Positions 39,470 through 49,967 of a DNA stretch of 64,000 bases are shown piece by piece. The position numbers and the translations under genes are program-made. How positions within the stretch are numbered: position 1 is the first letter of the stretch; every line of letters begins with the position of its first letter. Location of the stretch: assembly GCA_049970495.1 (NCBI GenBank), contig JBMFMV010000001.1, positions 45,425-109,424 of the forward strand. Reading direction: 5' to 3'. The DNA comes from a bacterium (GTDB taxonomy: Bacteria; DUMJ01). The notes beneath the pieces were generated by a model that worked only from the letters and a program-made list of their open reading frames with translations, did not search any database and was not told the origin of the DNA.

Positions 39470-41014
39470 TTACACCTCTATCCTAGGAAATAATGGTTTT
39501 ACTTCTGGCATCTTCCAATCTGCTCTTAGTTTTCCCCAACCATCTAATGCGTCTTTTCTAAGGGAGGAATCCAGGTCTAATCCAAGAGAGTTAATAAAAT
39601 ATTCTGATACCTTGGGCATAAATGGGGAAATTAATATTGCGATATTTCTTATAGACTCAAAGACATTAAACATGACATTATCAAACTCATTTTTCTTTTT
39701 GTCTCTAGCCAAACTCCAAGGGGCTTTCTGGTCCAAGTACTTATTTACAGCCCCTATAAATTCCCAGATATCTGACAGGACTTCTACATATTCAAAGTTT
39801 GACATCATCTCATCCAGATTCTTAATTATGGAATCCTTTAAAGTGGATAATTCTTTCTCTACCTCTCCATTGTTAGGCACTATACCATCTCCGTATCTAT
39901 TTATAATGCCCACACTTCTAAAGAATAGATTACCCAAATCATTAGCTAGATCAGAGTTTATTCTATGAATGAAACTCTCATCTGAGTACTCTCCATCTAG
40001 ACCTAATGGAACTTCTCTCATCAAGAAATATCTTACTGCATCTACAGCTATATCCCATTCAAACCCCTTATCAACCAAACTATTTGCCATCTGTACTGGG
40101 TCTATTATATTCCCTTTACTCTTTGACATCTTTTCTTTCTTTACTGTCCAAAAGCCGTGGGCAAATACCTTTCTAGGGACATCTACCCCTAAAGCCAGAA
40201 GTATGCAGGGCCATATTCCTGCATGGAACCAGAGTATATCTTTTCCTACTAGATGGACTGCAGGCCAGAAGGTCTCAAATTTTTCTCTATTATCTGGATA
40301 ACCTACAACGGTTAAATAATTTATCAACGCATCAACCCATACATATATAGAATAATCTTTGTCAAATGGTATAGGTATACCCCAAGTGAGTCCTTTTCTT
40401 GATATACAGAGATCTCTCATTCCCTCCTTTACCCTGTTTAGGAGTTCCTGTCTCCTAGTTGGCGGTTGGACAAAGTCCGGATTGTTTTCTATATGCTCTA
40501 AGAGTTTATCCTGATATTTTGACATCCTAAAGAAGTAGTCATCCTCTTTATTCCATATCACAGGTCTTCCACAGTTTGGACAATTTCCACTTACAAGCTC
40601 ATCTGCCTGATAGAAAGTCTCACAGGGGACACAGTACCAACCTTCATATATGCCCTTATAGATATCTCCCTGCTCATATAACTTACTTATAATGTACTGA
40701 ACAACCTTCTCATGCCTTGGCTCTGTAGTCCTTATAAACTCATCATACGATATATGGAGCTTTTCCCAAGTATCCTTAAATACCTGAGAGTATATATCCA
40801 CGTGCTCCTTTGGATCCCTATTCTGAGCCCTAGCAGATTCCAACACTTTCTGGCCATGTTCGTCTGTACCAGTAGAGAATAAAACCCTATATCCCCACAT
40901 CCTTTTGAATCTTGAAATAACATCTGCGGTAATAGTAGTATAGGCATGCCCTATATGTGGGGATGCATTTACATAATAGATCGGTGTAGTTACATAAAAG
41001 GTTCCTTCTTTCAT
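39470..41014 (-). CDS. metG: Methionine--tRNA ligase (catalytic core)
   Basis: FYVTTPIYYVN..PHIGHAY, GTDEHG, YVWVDAL.NY, KMSKS. Confidence 0.97.
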   Translation of the reverse strand: MKEGTFYVTTPIYYVNASPHIGHAYTTITADVISRFKRMWGYRVLFSTGTDEHGQKVLESARAQNRDPKEHVDIYSQVFKDTWEKLHISYDEFIRTTEPRHEKVVQYIISKLYEQGDIYKGIYEGWYCVPCETFYQADELVSGNCPNCGRPVIWNKEDDYFFRMSKYQDKLLEHIENNPDFVQPPTRRQELLNRVKEGMRDLCISRKGLTWGIPIPFDKDYSIYVWVDALINYLTVVGYPDNREKFETFWPAVHLVGKDILWFHAGIWPCILLALGVDVPRKVFAHGFWTVKKEKMSKSKGNIIDPVQMANSLVDKGFEWDIAVDAVRYFLMREVPLGLDGEYSDESFIHRINSDLANDLGNLFFRSVGIINRYGDGIVPNNGEVEKELSTLKDSIIKNLDEMMSNFEYVEVLSDIWEFIGAVNKYLDQKAPWSLARDKKKNEFDNVMFNVFESIRNIAILISPFMPKVSEYFINSLGLDLDSSLRKDALDGWGKLRADWKMPEVKPLFPRIEV

Positions 41015-41017
41015 AGA

Positions 41018-41251
41018 CTAATTTACCTCTCTATCTTCAAGTTCAGAGGTGAGATATAATTCTACCTCCATAAATTCTTCATCTGTTAATTCCCTAAGCA
41101 TTCCTCCATCTATCCTCATTATAAATGCATTTACCGTTTCTCCTTGCGGAGCTAATATTATATACTCTTTATCCTTTATACTAAAGATATCTACCACTTG
41201 GAAATTGTTATAATTACCAAATTCATCCATTACCTTAATCAAATCCTCCAT
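41018..41251 (-). CDS. Small acidic protein, DUF1292-like
   Basis: DEFGN...F.V.D.F....KEYI.L, acidic C-terminus (DEEF..V); SD GGAGG. Confidence 0.65.
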   Translation of the reverse strand: MEDLIKVMDEFGNYNNFQVVDIFSIKDKEYIILAPQGETVNAFIMRIDGGMLRELTDEEFMEVELYLTSELEDREVN

Positions 41252-41347
41252 TGTACCCTCCTTACTAGATGGAGTTAGATACTCTTAGTTTTGTTTTGTA
41301 TATTATATCATTTTAATACAAAAAGAGTCTATAAAATGTTTGGAGTA

Positions 41348-42553
41348 TCAGAGGAGAAAAGACATTATTGCTCCAGAAACTACAGGAACACTTAGGTTAT
41401 CGTCTATTGGAAATGGGAATACCTCAACAACAGAGGCTATAATAGCTCCAGTAACTCCTACCCACAAAGGAAGCATATGTAATAACCACAAAAAATACGC
41501 AGAACTTATAGATATAGAGAGGAACCCAATAAGACCCTCTAGTGTCTTTTTAGACTCTGTGTTAAATATAACGGTCTTACCATAGTTTATTCCCACTATT
41601 TTTGCCATCATATCTCCAAAGACCAAAAAGCTGAGACTTGCTATTGCCACACTCTCTTTAAATAGTAAGAATGTAAGAAGAACCCCCATTAAAAAAGTTG
41701 TTATAGATGATATTCTTTTCCTTTCCTTCTCCTTATAAACCCTGAACCCTTTTGTTATTTCTCTGTCTAAAAGATCTCCTGTTTTCTTATGTAAAAGTCT
41801 CAAAATATCAGTTATAAACGACGCAGAGAGTATCGCCCCTATAAGAGTTATTAGTGCCTTTTTACCTATACCCATCTCAAGAAAAAGGAAGGACATTCCT
41901 GCGGGACGTATAAAGACTCTCCATAAAGGAAGATTTTCACTTTTAATGGTAAACATCTTTAAACGCCTCATATTCATAACACTTACTACAAAGATAAACA
42001 ATATAAGACCTAGGAGTAGAATCAGTTCACTAGAGAATTTGAGTAGTAATATAAGGACCAAAGCAAGCACCGGCAGAATGATAACCGCCAAGAAATTTTC
42101 GTCCCATGTAGAACAGTAAATACAAAGAGTAAAGAATGTAAGATAGACCAGAGAGTTTATTATATCTGAAGGTTTGAGCTCTCTTAATGTTACCTTAACT
42201 AGGGTAAAGATAAATATGCCAGTAGCGGTTGCTACTCCCCTTCCACCTCTAAAGCTTAGATAAAATGGGGCTATATGACCAAGTATTGCAGATATCCCAG
42301 AGAGATATATTATAAATTCTGATGAGTGGAAGAATCTATTGGCTATAAACATAGCCAATAGCCCTTTTGTAGTATCGTAAATGCCTGTCAAAATAGCAGT
42401 ATTAAAACCTAATGATCTTTTAACATTTGTAGTGCCAGGATTCCCATCCCCTAATGTTCGTATATCTATTCCTTTTGTCCACTTTGGAATAAGATAACCA
42501 GGAAGAATGGATCCTAGAAGATAGCCAACGACTAGGGAAAGGATATCTTTCAT
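41348..42553 (-). CDS. PlsY glycerol-3-phosphate acyltransferase fused to dolichol/phytol kinase-type (CTP-dependent) domain
   Basis: N-terminal GYLLGSI, DIR..GDGNPGTTN, GH..P...F.GGRGVAT (PlsY); C-terminal GD..A..VG..YG, KTLEG, DDNL..P. Confidence 0.8.
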   Translation of the reverse strand: MKDILSLVVGYLLGSILPGYLIPKWTKGIDIRTLGDGNPGTTNVKRSLGFNTAILTGIYDTTKGLLAMFIANRFFHSSEFIIYLSGISAILGHIAPFYLSFRGGRGVATATGIFIFTLVKVTLRELKPSDIINSLVYLTFFTLCIYCSTWDENFLAVIILPVLALVLILLLKFSSELILLLGLILFIFVVSVMNMRRLKMFTIKSENLPLWRVFIRPAGMSFLFLEMGIGKKALITLIGAILSASFITDILRLLHKKTGDLLDREITKGFRVYKEKERKRISSITTFLMGVLLTFLLFKESVAIASLSFLVFGDMMAKIVGINYGKTVIFNTESKKTLEGLIGFLSISISSAYFLWLLHMLPLWVGVTGAIIASVVEVFPFPIDDNLSVPVVSGAIMSFLL

Positions 42554-44328
42554 CGTTTTACAACTTTCTCTAAGAAGACTTCTACTAACCTCGGATCAAA
42601 TTGAGATCCGCTACATCTTCTAATCTCTTCTATAGCTTTTTCTAATGGTATTGCTTCTCTATAGGGCCTTTCACTTCTCATGGAAACAAAGGCATCAACA
42701 ATAGAGATAATCCTAGAAAGAAATGGTATATTGTAATCCTTTAATCCTTGAGGATAACCAGAACCATCCCAACGTTCGTGATGACAGAGTATATACTCAG
42801 CTATACCCGCTAGTTCTGGTACTGACTGAACTATCCTATATCCAGCAGATGGATGTTTCTTTATGACCTCCCATTCCTCTTGGGAAAGATGACCTTTCTC
42901 TAAAATTTCTCTCGGTACAATTATCATCCCTATATCGTGAAGTCTAGCGGCAAGTATAAGATTTTCTAACTCTCTTCCAGATAGACCAAGGACCTTTCCA
43001 AACTTATTAGACAGCTCTTCCACTTCTCTGATATGCTCATCTGATTCATAGGTTACCTCACGTAGTTTGTCTAATAGGAATTGCATAATAGATTGCCTTA
43101 TCTGTCTACTTTCTGCCAGTTTTCTTTTGTACATATTGTCTTCTGCATCTTTAAGCACTTCTTCTATAGGTTTTTCATACGTATATTTTATTGCGTATCC
43201 TACTGAGATAGAAAGAGGAATAGGTATAGGATCAGAGAGCTGAGAGTTTTTATAAATCCTTTCAACTATGCTATTTAAAATCTCCTCGGTTATATTTGGA
43301 AATAGTATAACAAACTCGTCTCCTCCCCACCTAGCTATAATGTCTTCTTTTCTACAGGACATCTTTAGTAATTTCCCGGCCTCTATTAAAAACTTATCCC
43401 CTTCTTCGTGACCAAAGACATCATTCACAAGCTTAAGTCCATTTACATCCCCCATCAAGATACCTAATGGTAAAGACCTAGGAGTATCTAATCTTCTAAG
43501 TTCCTCATAGAAGAATGCTCTATTATACAATCCGGTAAGAATATCATGAAAGCTCAAAAATCTCAATCTTTCCTCTAATTCTTTCTTTTCAGTTATATCT
43601 CTCACATGCTCTACAACACCGATTATACTTCCATTATGATTGTGAAGCGGATAGGAATATAATTCTAACCATCCCTTAGCCCCTTCTGGACCAACATATG
43701 GAACTATCGCACTACTTAGGGAGTTGGTTTCCATAGCTCGTATAGTAGGGCAAAAACTACATATAGTATCTCTCTGATGGAAAGCAAAATAACACTTCTT
43801 TCCCTCTAAGGGAGCCATATGAGGGTATAGTTGAACCATTTTGTCATTTACTCTTACTATATTCAAGTCTCTATCCACTACACTTAAACCATCTTGAATA
43901 GCATTAAATATAGAGGATAAGAACTCTTCCTCTTTTTTCAAAGCAAGCTCTATCTGTTTTTTCTCTGTTATATCCTGAACATATCCCTGAAGGATAATTT
44001 TCTCTTCGTCTTTTAACAGAATGGTAACATCAAAGACCCAACGGATATCGTTATCTTTATTTATAATTCTATACTCGCTTCTAGCTGTACAATTTGGTAT
44101 ACTCAGCAATTTATTTCTCTCTTCCTCTATCCTTGATAGATCTTGAGGATGTATCAAATCTCTCCAAATAATCTTCCCACTGTAAAAATCTTCCTTCGTA
44201 TAACCGGTTATCTCTTCTATTTTACCTTCCAGGAATAATACTTTAGATGTACCAAATTCTATCTCATAGAGAAAACCCTGAAAGTTCTCTATAATTTGCT
44301 GAAGCCTCCTATAACTATCAATAGGCAA
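42550..44328 (-). CDS. PAS-PAS-GGDEF-HD-GYP c-di-GMP metabolism protein
   Basis: Two PAS/PAC (QDITE, RDITE), D.LTGLYNR, intact RWGGDEF, LHDIG, HHERWDGSGYP. Confidence 0.93.
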   Translation of the reverse strand: MPIDSYRRLQQIIENFQGFLYEIEFGTSKVLFLEGKIEEITGYTKEDFYSGKIIWRDLIHPQDLSRIEEERNKLLSIPNCTARSEYRIINKDNDIRWVFDVTILLKDEEKIILQGYVQDITEKKQIELALKKEEEFLSSIFNAIQDGLSVVDRDLNIVRVNDKMVQLYPHMAPLEGKKCYFAFHQRDTICSFCPTIRAMETNSLSSAIVPYVGPEGAKGWLELYSYPLHNHNGSIIGVVEHVRDITEKKELEERLRFLSFHDILTGLYNRAFFYEELRRLDTPRSLPLGILMGDVNGLKLVNDVFGHEEGDKFLIEAGKLLKMSCRKEDIIARWGGDEFVILFPNITEEILNSIVERIYKNSQLSDPIPIPLSISVGYAIKYTYEKPIEEVLKDAEDNMYKRKLAESRQIRQSIMQFLLDKLREVTYESDEHIREVEELSNKFGKVLGLSGRELENLILAARLHDIGMIIVPREILEKGHLSQEEWEVIKKHPSAGYRIVQSVPELAGIAEYILCHHERWDGSGYPQGLKDYNIPFLSRIISIVDAFVSMRSERPYREAIPLEKAIEEIRRCSGSQFDPRLVEVFLEKVVKR

Positions 44329-44367
44329 TCATTATTCCCCTTTCTTCCTAAAATTCTTTATGCCTTT

Positions 44368-44396
44368 ATTCTATAAAAAAGATAAATCTTTTTCAA
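44368..44396 (-). promoter_or_regulatory. Putative promoter of the GGDEF/plsY operon
   Basis: TTGAAA, 17 bp spacer, TAGAAT on the minus strand. Confidence 0.6.
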
Positions 44397-44511
44397 GTAG
44401 AGGTATATTCATAAGTCTATTAATTTTATACTTAAAAATATATTTTAGCTGATATCTACTCATAGTCGACCTAAATTTTAAGACTTTCAGGGAATGCCAC
44501 CCCTGCAAAAG

Positions 44512-44550
44512 TTAAGCCTAGGGTAATTTATTCTCTAACCCTAGGCTTAA
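44512..44550 (-). terminator. Intrinsic terminator after the GH4 gene
   Basis: TTAAGCCTAGGGT-N13-ACCCTAGGCTTAA followed by CTTTT on the minus strand. Confidence 0.75.
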
Positions 44551-44573
44551 TATATACAATTAGTCTCTAAACC

Positions 44574-45962
44574 CTACAAAGAAAACGTGCTCTGAAGGTA
44601 TTCCTTAGTATTGTCTATCATTTCATTGAACAATTCTTTAGCCTTATATACAGTTAACCTTTCTATGGCAGGATCATTTAGAAATGCCCTCCTAGCAAGG
44701 TTAAGATCTTTTTCTAGTACAGACCTTACAATTAACTCCTGATTGGTTATATGTCGTATCATTATACTTGCCAGATCTAGTGGTAATTCACCTGCATATA
44801 CAGGACGGACGTCATCTCTAGTAAAGACTGCATTAGTCTCTACAATTGCGCCAATTGGGAGATTGGATACTTGACCTCTATTTGGAAGATTGACATTTGT
44901 TACAAAAGTATCTAGGCCAAAGACGGCTCTCATCTGCATAACACCTTCTTCTCCAGACGGAATTAGTGGTATATCCTTTTGTCCAGAGGCAAATTCTTTA
45001 CTAAGTTCAATCAATCTTTCTCTATTCTTTATTCTCCACTCAACAGGGGTCAAAGAGAATTTCCACCTTCTTACCGTCTCTCTATCGGTAAGATATATAT
45101 GCGGAATAAACTCAGCTAGATGCCTATCTCCAGCTGCTCCTATAAGCCCAAATCTTCTAAATAGATCAAATTTAACCCTATTTGCAGAGGCAAAGTAATC
45201 TCTCTCCCAACGCCCTTTCTCTTTTTCATAACCTTCCTCATAATACTCTTCTATAAATTTATCGTATAAGGGAAACAGGTCAATTGATTTATATGAAGCC
45301 TTATCAAACCAGGTAAAGTGATTTATTCCTAAGACATTAACCTTAATGTCTCTTCTAGAAATCTTAATATCTTCACCATGATAATGCTTAACTACATCTA
45401 CTAGCAATTCCTGTGTTCCAAATACCTCATGGCAACATCCAAATGCCTTTATCTTAGGGAAGACTTCATAAAGCGTCTTGATGCATATAGCCATAGGATT
45501 TGTATAATTAATCACCCATGCGTCTGGGCAGTTCCTCTTTATCCCCTCTGCAAATTCTACGTACATTGGTACTGTTCTCAAACCTCTTATAAGTCCGCCA
45601 GGACCTGTTGTATCTCCTACTGATTGGTATATCCCATACTTCTCAGGGGCATGGACATCTGAATACATCTCCCTAAATGTCCCTGGTAATATCGAAATAA
45701 CTACCAGATCGGCACCATACAAGGCTTCATCAAGTGTCTTTACTGCTACATAACTCCACTTTCCAGAGACTTCTGGTTTATTCGAAATCTTGTTCCCTAT
45801 GATCTCATTAGTCTTAGCAGCCTCATAATCAATATCGTAGAGTCTAACAGTCCCTCTTAAATCTTTTTCAAGTGCCAAATCAGTCATCAATTTCCAAGCC
45901 CAACCCCTTGAGCCTCCACCTATATAAGCAATCTTTATATCTTCTAATACATCCTTACCCAA
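44574..45962 (-). CDS. GH4 NAD-dependent glycosidase, probable alpha-galacturonidase (LplD-like)
   Basis: IAYIGGGSRGW, QSVGDT.GPGG, INYTNPM, CCHEV motif, GINHF, GDRHLAEF. Confidence 0.85.
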   Translation of the reverse strand: MGKDVLEDIKIAYIGGGSRGWAWKLMTDLALEKDLRGTVRLYDIDYEAAKTNEIIGNKISNKPEVSGKWSYVAVKTLDEALYGADLVVISILPGTFREMYSDVHAPEKYGIYQSVGDTTGPGGLIRGLRTVPMYVEFAEGIKRNCPDAWVINYTNPMAICIKTLYEVFPKIKAFGCCHEVFGTQELLVDVVKHYHGEDIKISRRDIKVNVLGINHFTWFDKASYKSIDLFPLYDKFIEEYYEEGYEKEKGRWERDYFASANRVKFDLFRRFGLIGAAGDRHLAEFIPHIYLTDRETVRRWKFSLTPVEWRIKNRERLIELSKEFASGQKDIPLIPSGEEGVMQMRAVFGLDTFVTNVNLPNRGQVSNLPIGAIVETNAVFTRDDVRPVYAGELPLDLASIMIRHITNQELIVRSVLEKDLNLARRAFLNDPAIERLTVYKAKELFNEMIDNTKEYLQSTFSL

Positions 45963-46008
45963 TTTAAACCCTCCAAAAGAGTTTTCTTTTAGAGATATTT
46001 TATCATGT

Positions 46009-46437
46009 CTAAGAAGATCTTATCAGTTTTCCTACGTGTGTACCAGGAAAGACGGTCCTTGCCAGTTTAGGGTCTTCTATCTTTAGTATAGCCACCTCAC
46101 ATATGGAAAGGATTAGGCATCCCTCTTCTAAATGTCCACTGAATGATTTGAAATCTCTATTCACTATAGAGATATGTAGATGTGGTTCACCATTTGCTAC
46201 TATTCCCTGTAAAGAGACAATCTCTAAAGGACCTTCAAACTCTAAAAAATCATCCTTTGGTGGAAAGTCATTAGAAGCTACCATATGGATTCTTGCCTTC
46301 AAAAGACTACCCACTCCGGAAACTACAACCCCTGTATCTAATTTATTATCCTTTATTGCCTTTACAATACTTTTTAACAAATCTTCTCCTCTATCTACCC
46401 GACAAAACAAAAATTGCTTTCCGTCTATTATCTCCAT
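46009..46437 (-). CDS. PPC-domain (DUF296) protein
   Basis: R...GEDL, SG.GSL, EIVSLQG, HLHI, GHL..G. Confidence 0.85.
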   Translation of the reverse strand: MEIIDGKQFLFCRVDRGEDLLKSIVKAIKDNKLDTGVVVSGVGSLLKARIHMVASNDFPPKDDFLEFEGPLEIVSLQGIVANGEPHLHISIVNRDFKSFSGHLEEGCLILSICEVAILKIEDPKLARTVFPGTHVGKLIRSS

Positions 46438-46446
46438 ACTTCCCTC

Positions 46447-47889
46447 CTATCCGAGGACTATAAATACCGTCTTCCACTCAGTAAATAGGTCTATTGCAGT
46501 TGTCCCTTGCTCTCTCTCACCATTTCCAGAAGACTTGATCCCTCCAAAGGGACCATTTATCTCTGCACCTGTTGGAGGGGCATTTATATAAACTACACCA
46601 GACTCTAGAAGTTCCATAGCCTTAAAGCTTTTTTTAAGGTCTTTTGTATATATTGAAGCAGAGAGACCATACTCTGTACTATTAGCTATTTCTATTGCAT
46701 CATCAAAATCCTTTGCCTTCATTATACAAACAACAGGGCCAAAGATCTCTTCCTTTGCAATCTTCATCTCAGGAGTTACGTCTATAAATACCGTAGGTTC
46801 AAAGAAAAATCCCTTAGAAAATTTATCGCCACTTAAAACATTTCCTCCATATTCAAGTCTTGCCCCTTCTTTTATGCCTAAATCTACATAGTATCTTACC
46901 CTATTCAACTGAGACTCACTTACAAGGGGTCCCATATCTGTATCTTTATCCATTCCATCTCCAACTCTTATCTTTTTTACCTTTTCCAAGAACATATCTA
47001 CAAACTTATCGTAGATCCTCTCTTCTACGATAATTCTACTTGCTGCCGTACACTTCTGGCCAGTAGCACCATAAGCTCCCGATACACATCCATCTAAAGC
47101 AGATTCTAAATCTGCATCTTCTAATACTATTACCGGATTCTTTCCTCCTAGTTCTAACCCAACCTTCTTTATCTGTTCCCCACATATAGAACCTATCCTT
47201 CTACCAGTCTCTACAGAGCCAGTAAAAGATACTACACCTACATCAGGATGTTTAACTATCTCCAGTCCTACAGACTCCCCAGAACCCTGTACTAGATTTA
47301 AAACCCCTGGAGGTAAACCTGCATCTTCTAATAATTTTACAAATTGCTGAGCTACTAGTGGTGTTTCTCTTGATGGTTTAAAGATAACAGTATTACCAGC
47401 TATAAGTGCTGGCATAATCTTTCTTACCGGTAGTAATAGAGGAAAGTTCCACGGGGTAATTATACCAGCAACACCTACAGGCTCTCTGAGATAGATAATA
47501 TATTTGTCCCTTTTCTCAGAAGGCACGGTCTCTCCTATTAGTCTTCTCCCCTCTCCTGCAGAATAGTAAACCATATCTATGCTTATCTGAACCTCACCAA
47601 GTGATTCTTTAAGAGTCTTTCCCATCTCTTTTGTAATTGTCTCTGCAAGTTTTTCCTTTTCTTTTTCCATAAGTTTTGCTATATTGAAAAGTATTTTACC
47701 TCTTTCAGGGGCGGGTATCTTTCTCCAGTCTTTCTGAGCCTTCTTTGCACTAGCTACCGCTAGTTCTACATCTTCTTTACCGGACAGGGGAAACTCTCCC
47801 AGTACCTCATCCTTATCGGCAGGATTTATACTTTTAAATGTTCTTCCAGTACTAGCATTTGTTAGCCACTTTCCACCTATATAGTTCAC
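46447..47889 (-). CDS. Aldehyde dehydrogenase
   Basis: [33 protein letters not shown]. Confidence 0.93.
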   Translation of the reverse strand: MNYIGGKWLTNASTGRTFKSINPADKDEVLGEFPLSGKEDVELAVASAKKAQKDWRKIPAPERGKILFNIAKLMEKEKEKLAETITKEMGKTLKESLGEVQISIDMVYYSAGEGRRLIGETVPSEKRDKYIIYLREPVGVAGIITPWNFPLLLPVRKIMPALIAGNTVIFKPSRETPLVAQQFVKLLEDAGLPPGVLNLVQGSGESVGLEIVKHPDVGVVSFTGSVETGRRIGSICGEQIKKVGLELGGKNPVIVLEDADLESALDGCVSGAYGATGQKCTAASRIIVEERIYDKFVDMFLEKVKKIRVGDGMDKDTDMGPLVSESQLNRVRYYVDLGIKEGARLEYGGNVLSGDKFSKGFFFEPTVFIDVTPEMKIAKEEIFGPVVCIMKAKDFDDAIEIANSTEYGLSASIYTKDLKKSFKAMELLESGVVYINAPPTGAEINGPFGGIKSSGNGEREQGTTAIDLFTEWKTVFIVLG

Positions 47890-48797
47890 TTACTTGCCAC
47901 CTCTATTCCCAAGAGTTTCTCCCATACCTTAATAACTGCAGACTGATTTTCTTCACCGTGACCTAGATTCTTTACTGCAGTGAATAGTTGGCTTGCAGTA
48001 GCACCCATAAATAGAGGGACTTCTACATTTTTTGCAAGGTCCAAAGCTAGATTTATATCTTTACTTGCCAGTTTAGCTTTAAATCCAGGATTAAAATCTC
48101 TAGATAAGATCCCAGGGATTTGGGTCCTCAAGATAAAACTATCTGCAGCAGTATTTATTAGGACTTCATAGAGGACCTTTGGATCTACCCCAAGTTTTGT
48201 CCCTAGGGCAAAAGATTCTGCCACTATTGCCATATTAGATATACTTATAAGATTACCCAGTAGTTTTACTATATGCCCCTGACCATTAGAGCCGACATAG
48301 AATATATCCTTTCCCATAGCTTCTAATACCGGTCTACACTTATCTAAAACTTCTTTCTTTCCTCCAACCATTATGCAGAGATTACCCTCTTGAGCGCCCT
48401 TTACTCCTCTACTTACAGGAGCATCGAGCATTTCTACTCCTTTTTCTCTTAACTTTTCTGCTATCATTACTGTAGACTGAGGCATACTTGTACCCATATC
48501 TATCACAACGCTTCCAGGTTTTATCCCTTCTATAATTCCATCCTTACCAAGGATAACCTCTTCTACTTCTTTAGAACTTGGTAACATAGTAATTACTATG
48601 TTAGATTCTTGGGCAACCCCTTTTGGTGTATTTACCACCTTTGCGCCAAGATCTTTTAAAATATTTACAGGCTCCATATTCTTATGTGGCATAATAACCA
48701 AAGGAAATCCCTTTTTTATTATATTTTTAGCCATAGGAAGTCCCATAGCTCCTAAACCTATAAAACCGACAACCTCCATAGTCTCACTCTCCTTCAT
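47886..48797 (-). CDS. Beta-hydroxyacid dehydrogenase (3-hydroxyisobutyrate DH / tartronate semialdehyde reductase family)
   Basis: GFIGLGAMGLPMA, LDAPVS.G, G...KL..N, F...LA.KD; true start may be 48779. Confidence 0.88.
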   Translation of the reverse strand: MKESETMEVVGFIGLGAMGLPMAKNIIKKGFPLVIMPHKNMEPVNILKDLGAKVVNTPKGVAQESNIVITMLPSSKEVEEVILGKDGIIEGIKPGSVVIDMGTSMPQSTVMIAEKLREKGVEMLDAPVSRGVKGAQEGNLCIMVGGKKEVLDKCRPVLEAMGKDIFYVGSNGQGHIVKLLGNLISISNMAIVAESFALGTKLGVDPKVLYEVLINTAADSFILRTQIPGILSRDFNPGFKAKLASKDINLALDLAKNVEVPLFMGATASQLFTAVKNLGHGEENQSAVIKVWEKLLGIEVASK

Positions 48798-49953
48798 AAC
48801 TAGCTTCTAATATAGATATAAGATCTTCTTTCTTACAAACTCTAGGATTTACAGTCAAATTCCCACTCTTCGTAGCCTCTTGGGCAATTTTATCAAAGTC
48901 CTCCCTCTTTACCCCAACAGACTTTAAACCTTTAGGTAGTCCTATATCTCTTATCAGTTCTTTTACCGCTTTAATAGATTTTAACGCAGTCTCCCTTATA
49001 GTACTCCCGGAAGATTCTCCCATTGCAATAGCAATCTCTGCATAACCCTCTAGATTTCCAGGAAGATTAAACTCCATTACATAGGGAAGGACTAACGCAT
49101 TAGCTAATCCATGAGGAAGCCTAATATCCCAGCTTCCTAAAGGCATAGCTAAAGCATGAGCAATACCTAATCTGGTATGTCTAAAAGACATCCCTGCTAA
49201 TAAACTAGCAAGAAGCATATTGGTCCTTGCCTGCAAGTCTTCTCCTCTAGATACTGCTCTCCTCAAGTTATTTGATATAAGTCTTATACTCTCTAGGGCA
49301 AGAGCTTTTGTAACTGGAGTGGCAACAGTAGTTACATATGATTCAATCGCATGTGTCAGAGCATCCATACCAGTCATTGCAGTTACACTTGGTGGCATAG
49401 AGACTGTAAGTATTGGATCACATATAGCCGCTTTTGGAGTCAAAAGGTCACTCCCTATACTTATCTTTGTCATATCTATACTATTAGTCAGGACAGAAAA
49501 GATTGTTAGTTCACTAGCAGTACCAGAAGTTGTAGGAACAGCTATAATAGGTAGTGGGGCATTTTTGACTTTGTTTATCCCTATATAATCTATGAGTGTC
49601 CCTTCTCTGTTAGTTACTCTCATGGCAACTGCCTTAGCAGAATCCATAGAACTTCCACCGCCGATACCTATAACTACATTACATCCCTCTTTTATAGCCA
49701 TGTCTGTTGCCTTCTCAACTGTAGTATCTAAAGGATTTGGCTCCACCTCGTCAAATATGACAAACTCTATACTATCTTTTGAAAGAATATCCTTTATCCC
49801 TTCTAACATCCCAGAATTTACTATACCTCTATCAGTAACTATAAGAGCTTTAGATCCCCAAAATTCTTTTATCCTTTTACCAAGTTCTTTTATACATCCG
49901 CAACCAAAAACTATGAGTGTAGGAATACTAAACACAAAGTTAAGGTTATTCAT
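48784..49953 (-). CDS. Iron-containing alcohol dehydrogenase
   Basis: GGGSSMDSAK, PTTSGTASE, DALTHAIE, HALA, HG. Confidence 0.92.
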   Translation of the reverse strand: MNNLNFVFSIPTLIVFGCGCIKELGKRIKEFWGSKALIVTDRGIVNSGMLEGIKDILSKDSIEFVIFDEVEPNPLDTTVEKATDMAIKEGCNVVIGIGGGSSMDSAKAVAMRVTNREGTLIDYIGINKVKNAPLPIIAVPTTSGTASELTIFSVLTNSIDMTKISIGSDLLTPKAAICDPILTVSMPPSVTAMTGMDALTHAIESYVTTVATPVTKALALESIRLISNNLRRAVSRGEDLQARTNMLLASLLAGMSFRHTRLGIAHALAMPLGSWDIRLPHGLANALVLPYVMEFNLPGNLEGYAEIAIAMGESSGSTIRETALKSIKAVKELIRDIGLPKGLKSVGVKREDFDKIAQEATKSGNLTVNPRVCKKEDLISILEASYEGE

Positions 49954-49967
49954 CTCCTACCATCTCC

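Noticed and set aside
39438..40301. Antisense ORFs of 100-176 aa (also 3013-3405, 4266-4721, 16461-16871, 46103-46591, 50197-50643)
   Set aside because: They are shadow frames of well-supported genes, with no SD or recognisable motifs.
44480..44510. Small hairpin (CAGGG...CCCTG) upstream of the GGDEF/HD-GYP gene as a c-di-GMP or fluoride riboswitch
   Set aside because: It lacks the consensus aptamer elements and lies upstream of the predicted promoter (44396-44368), so it would not be in the leader.
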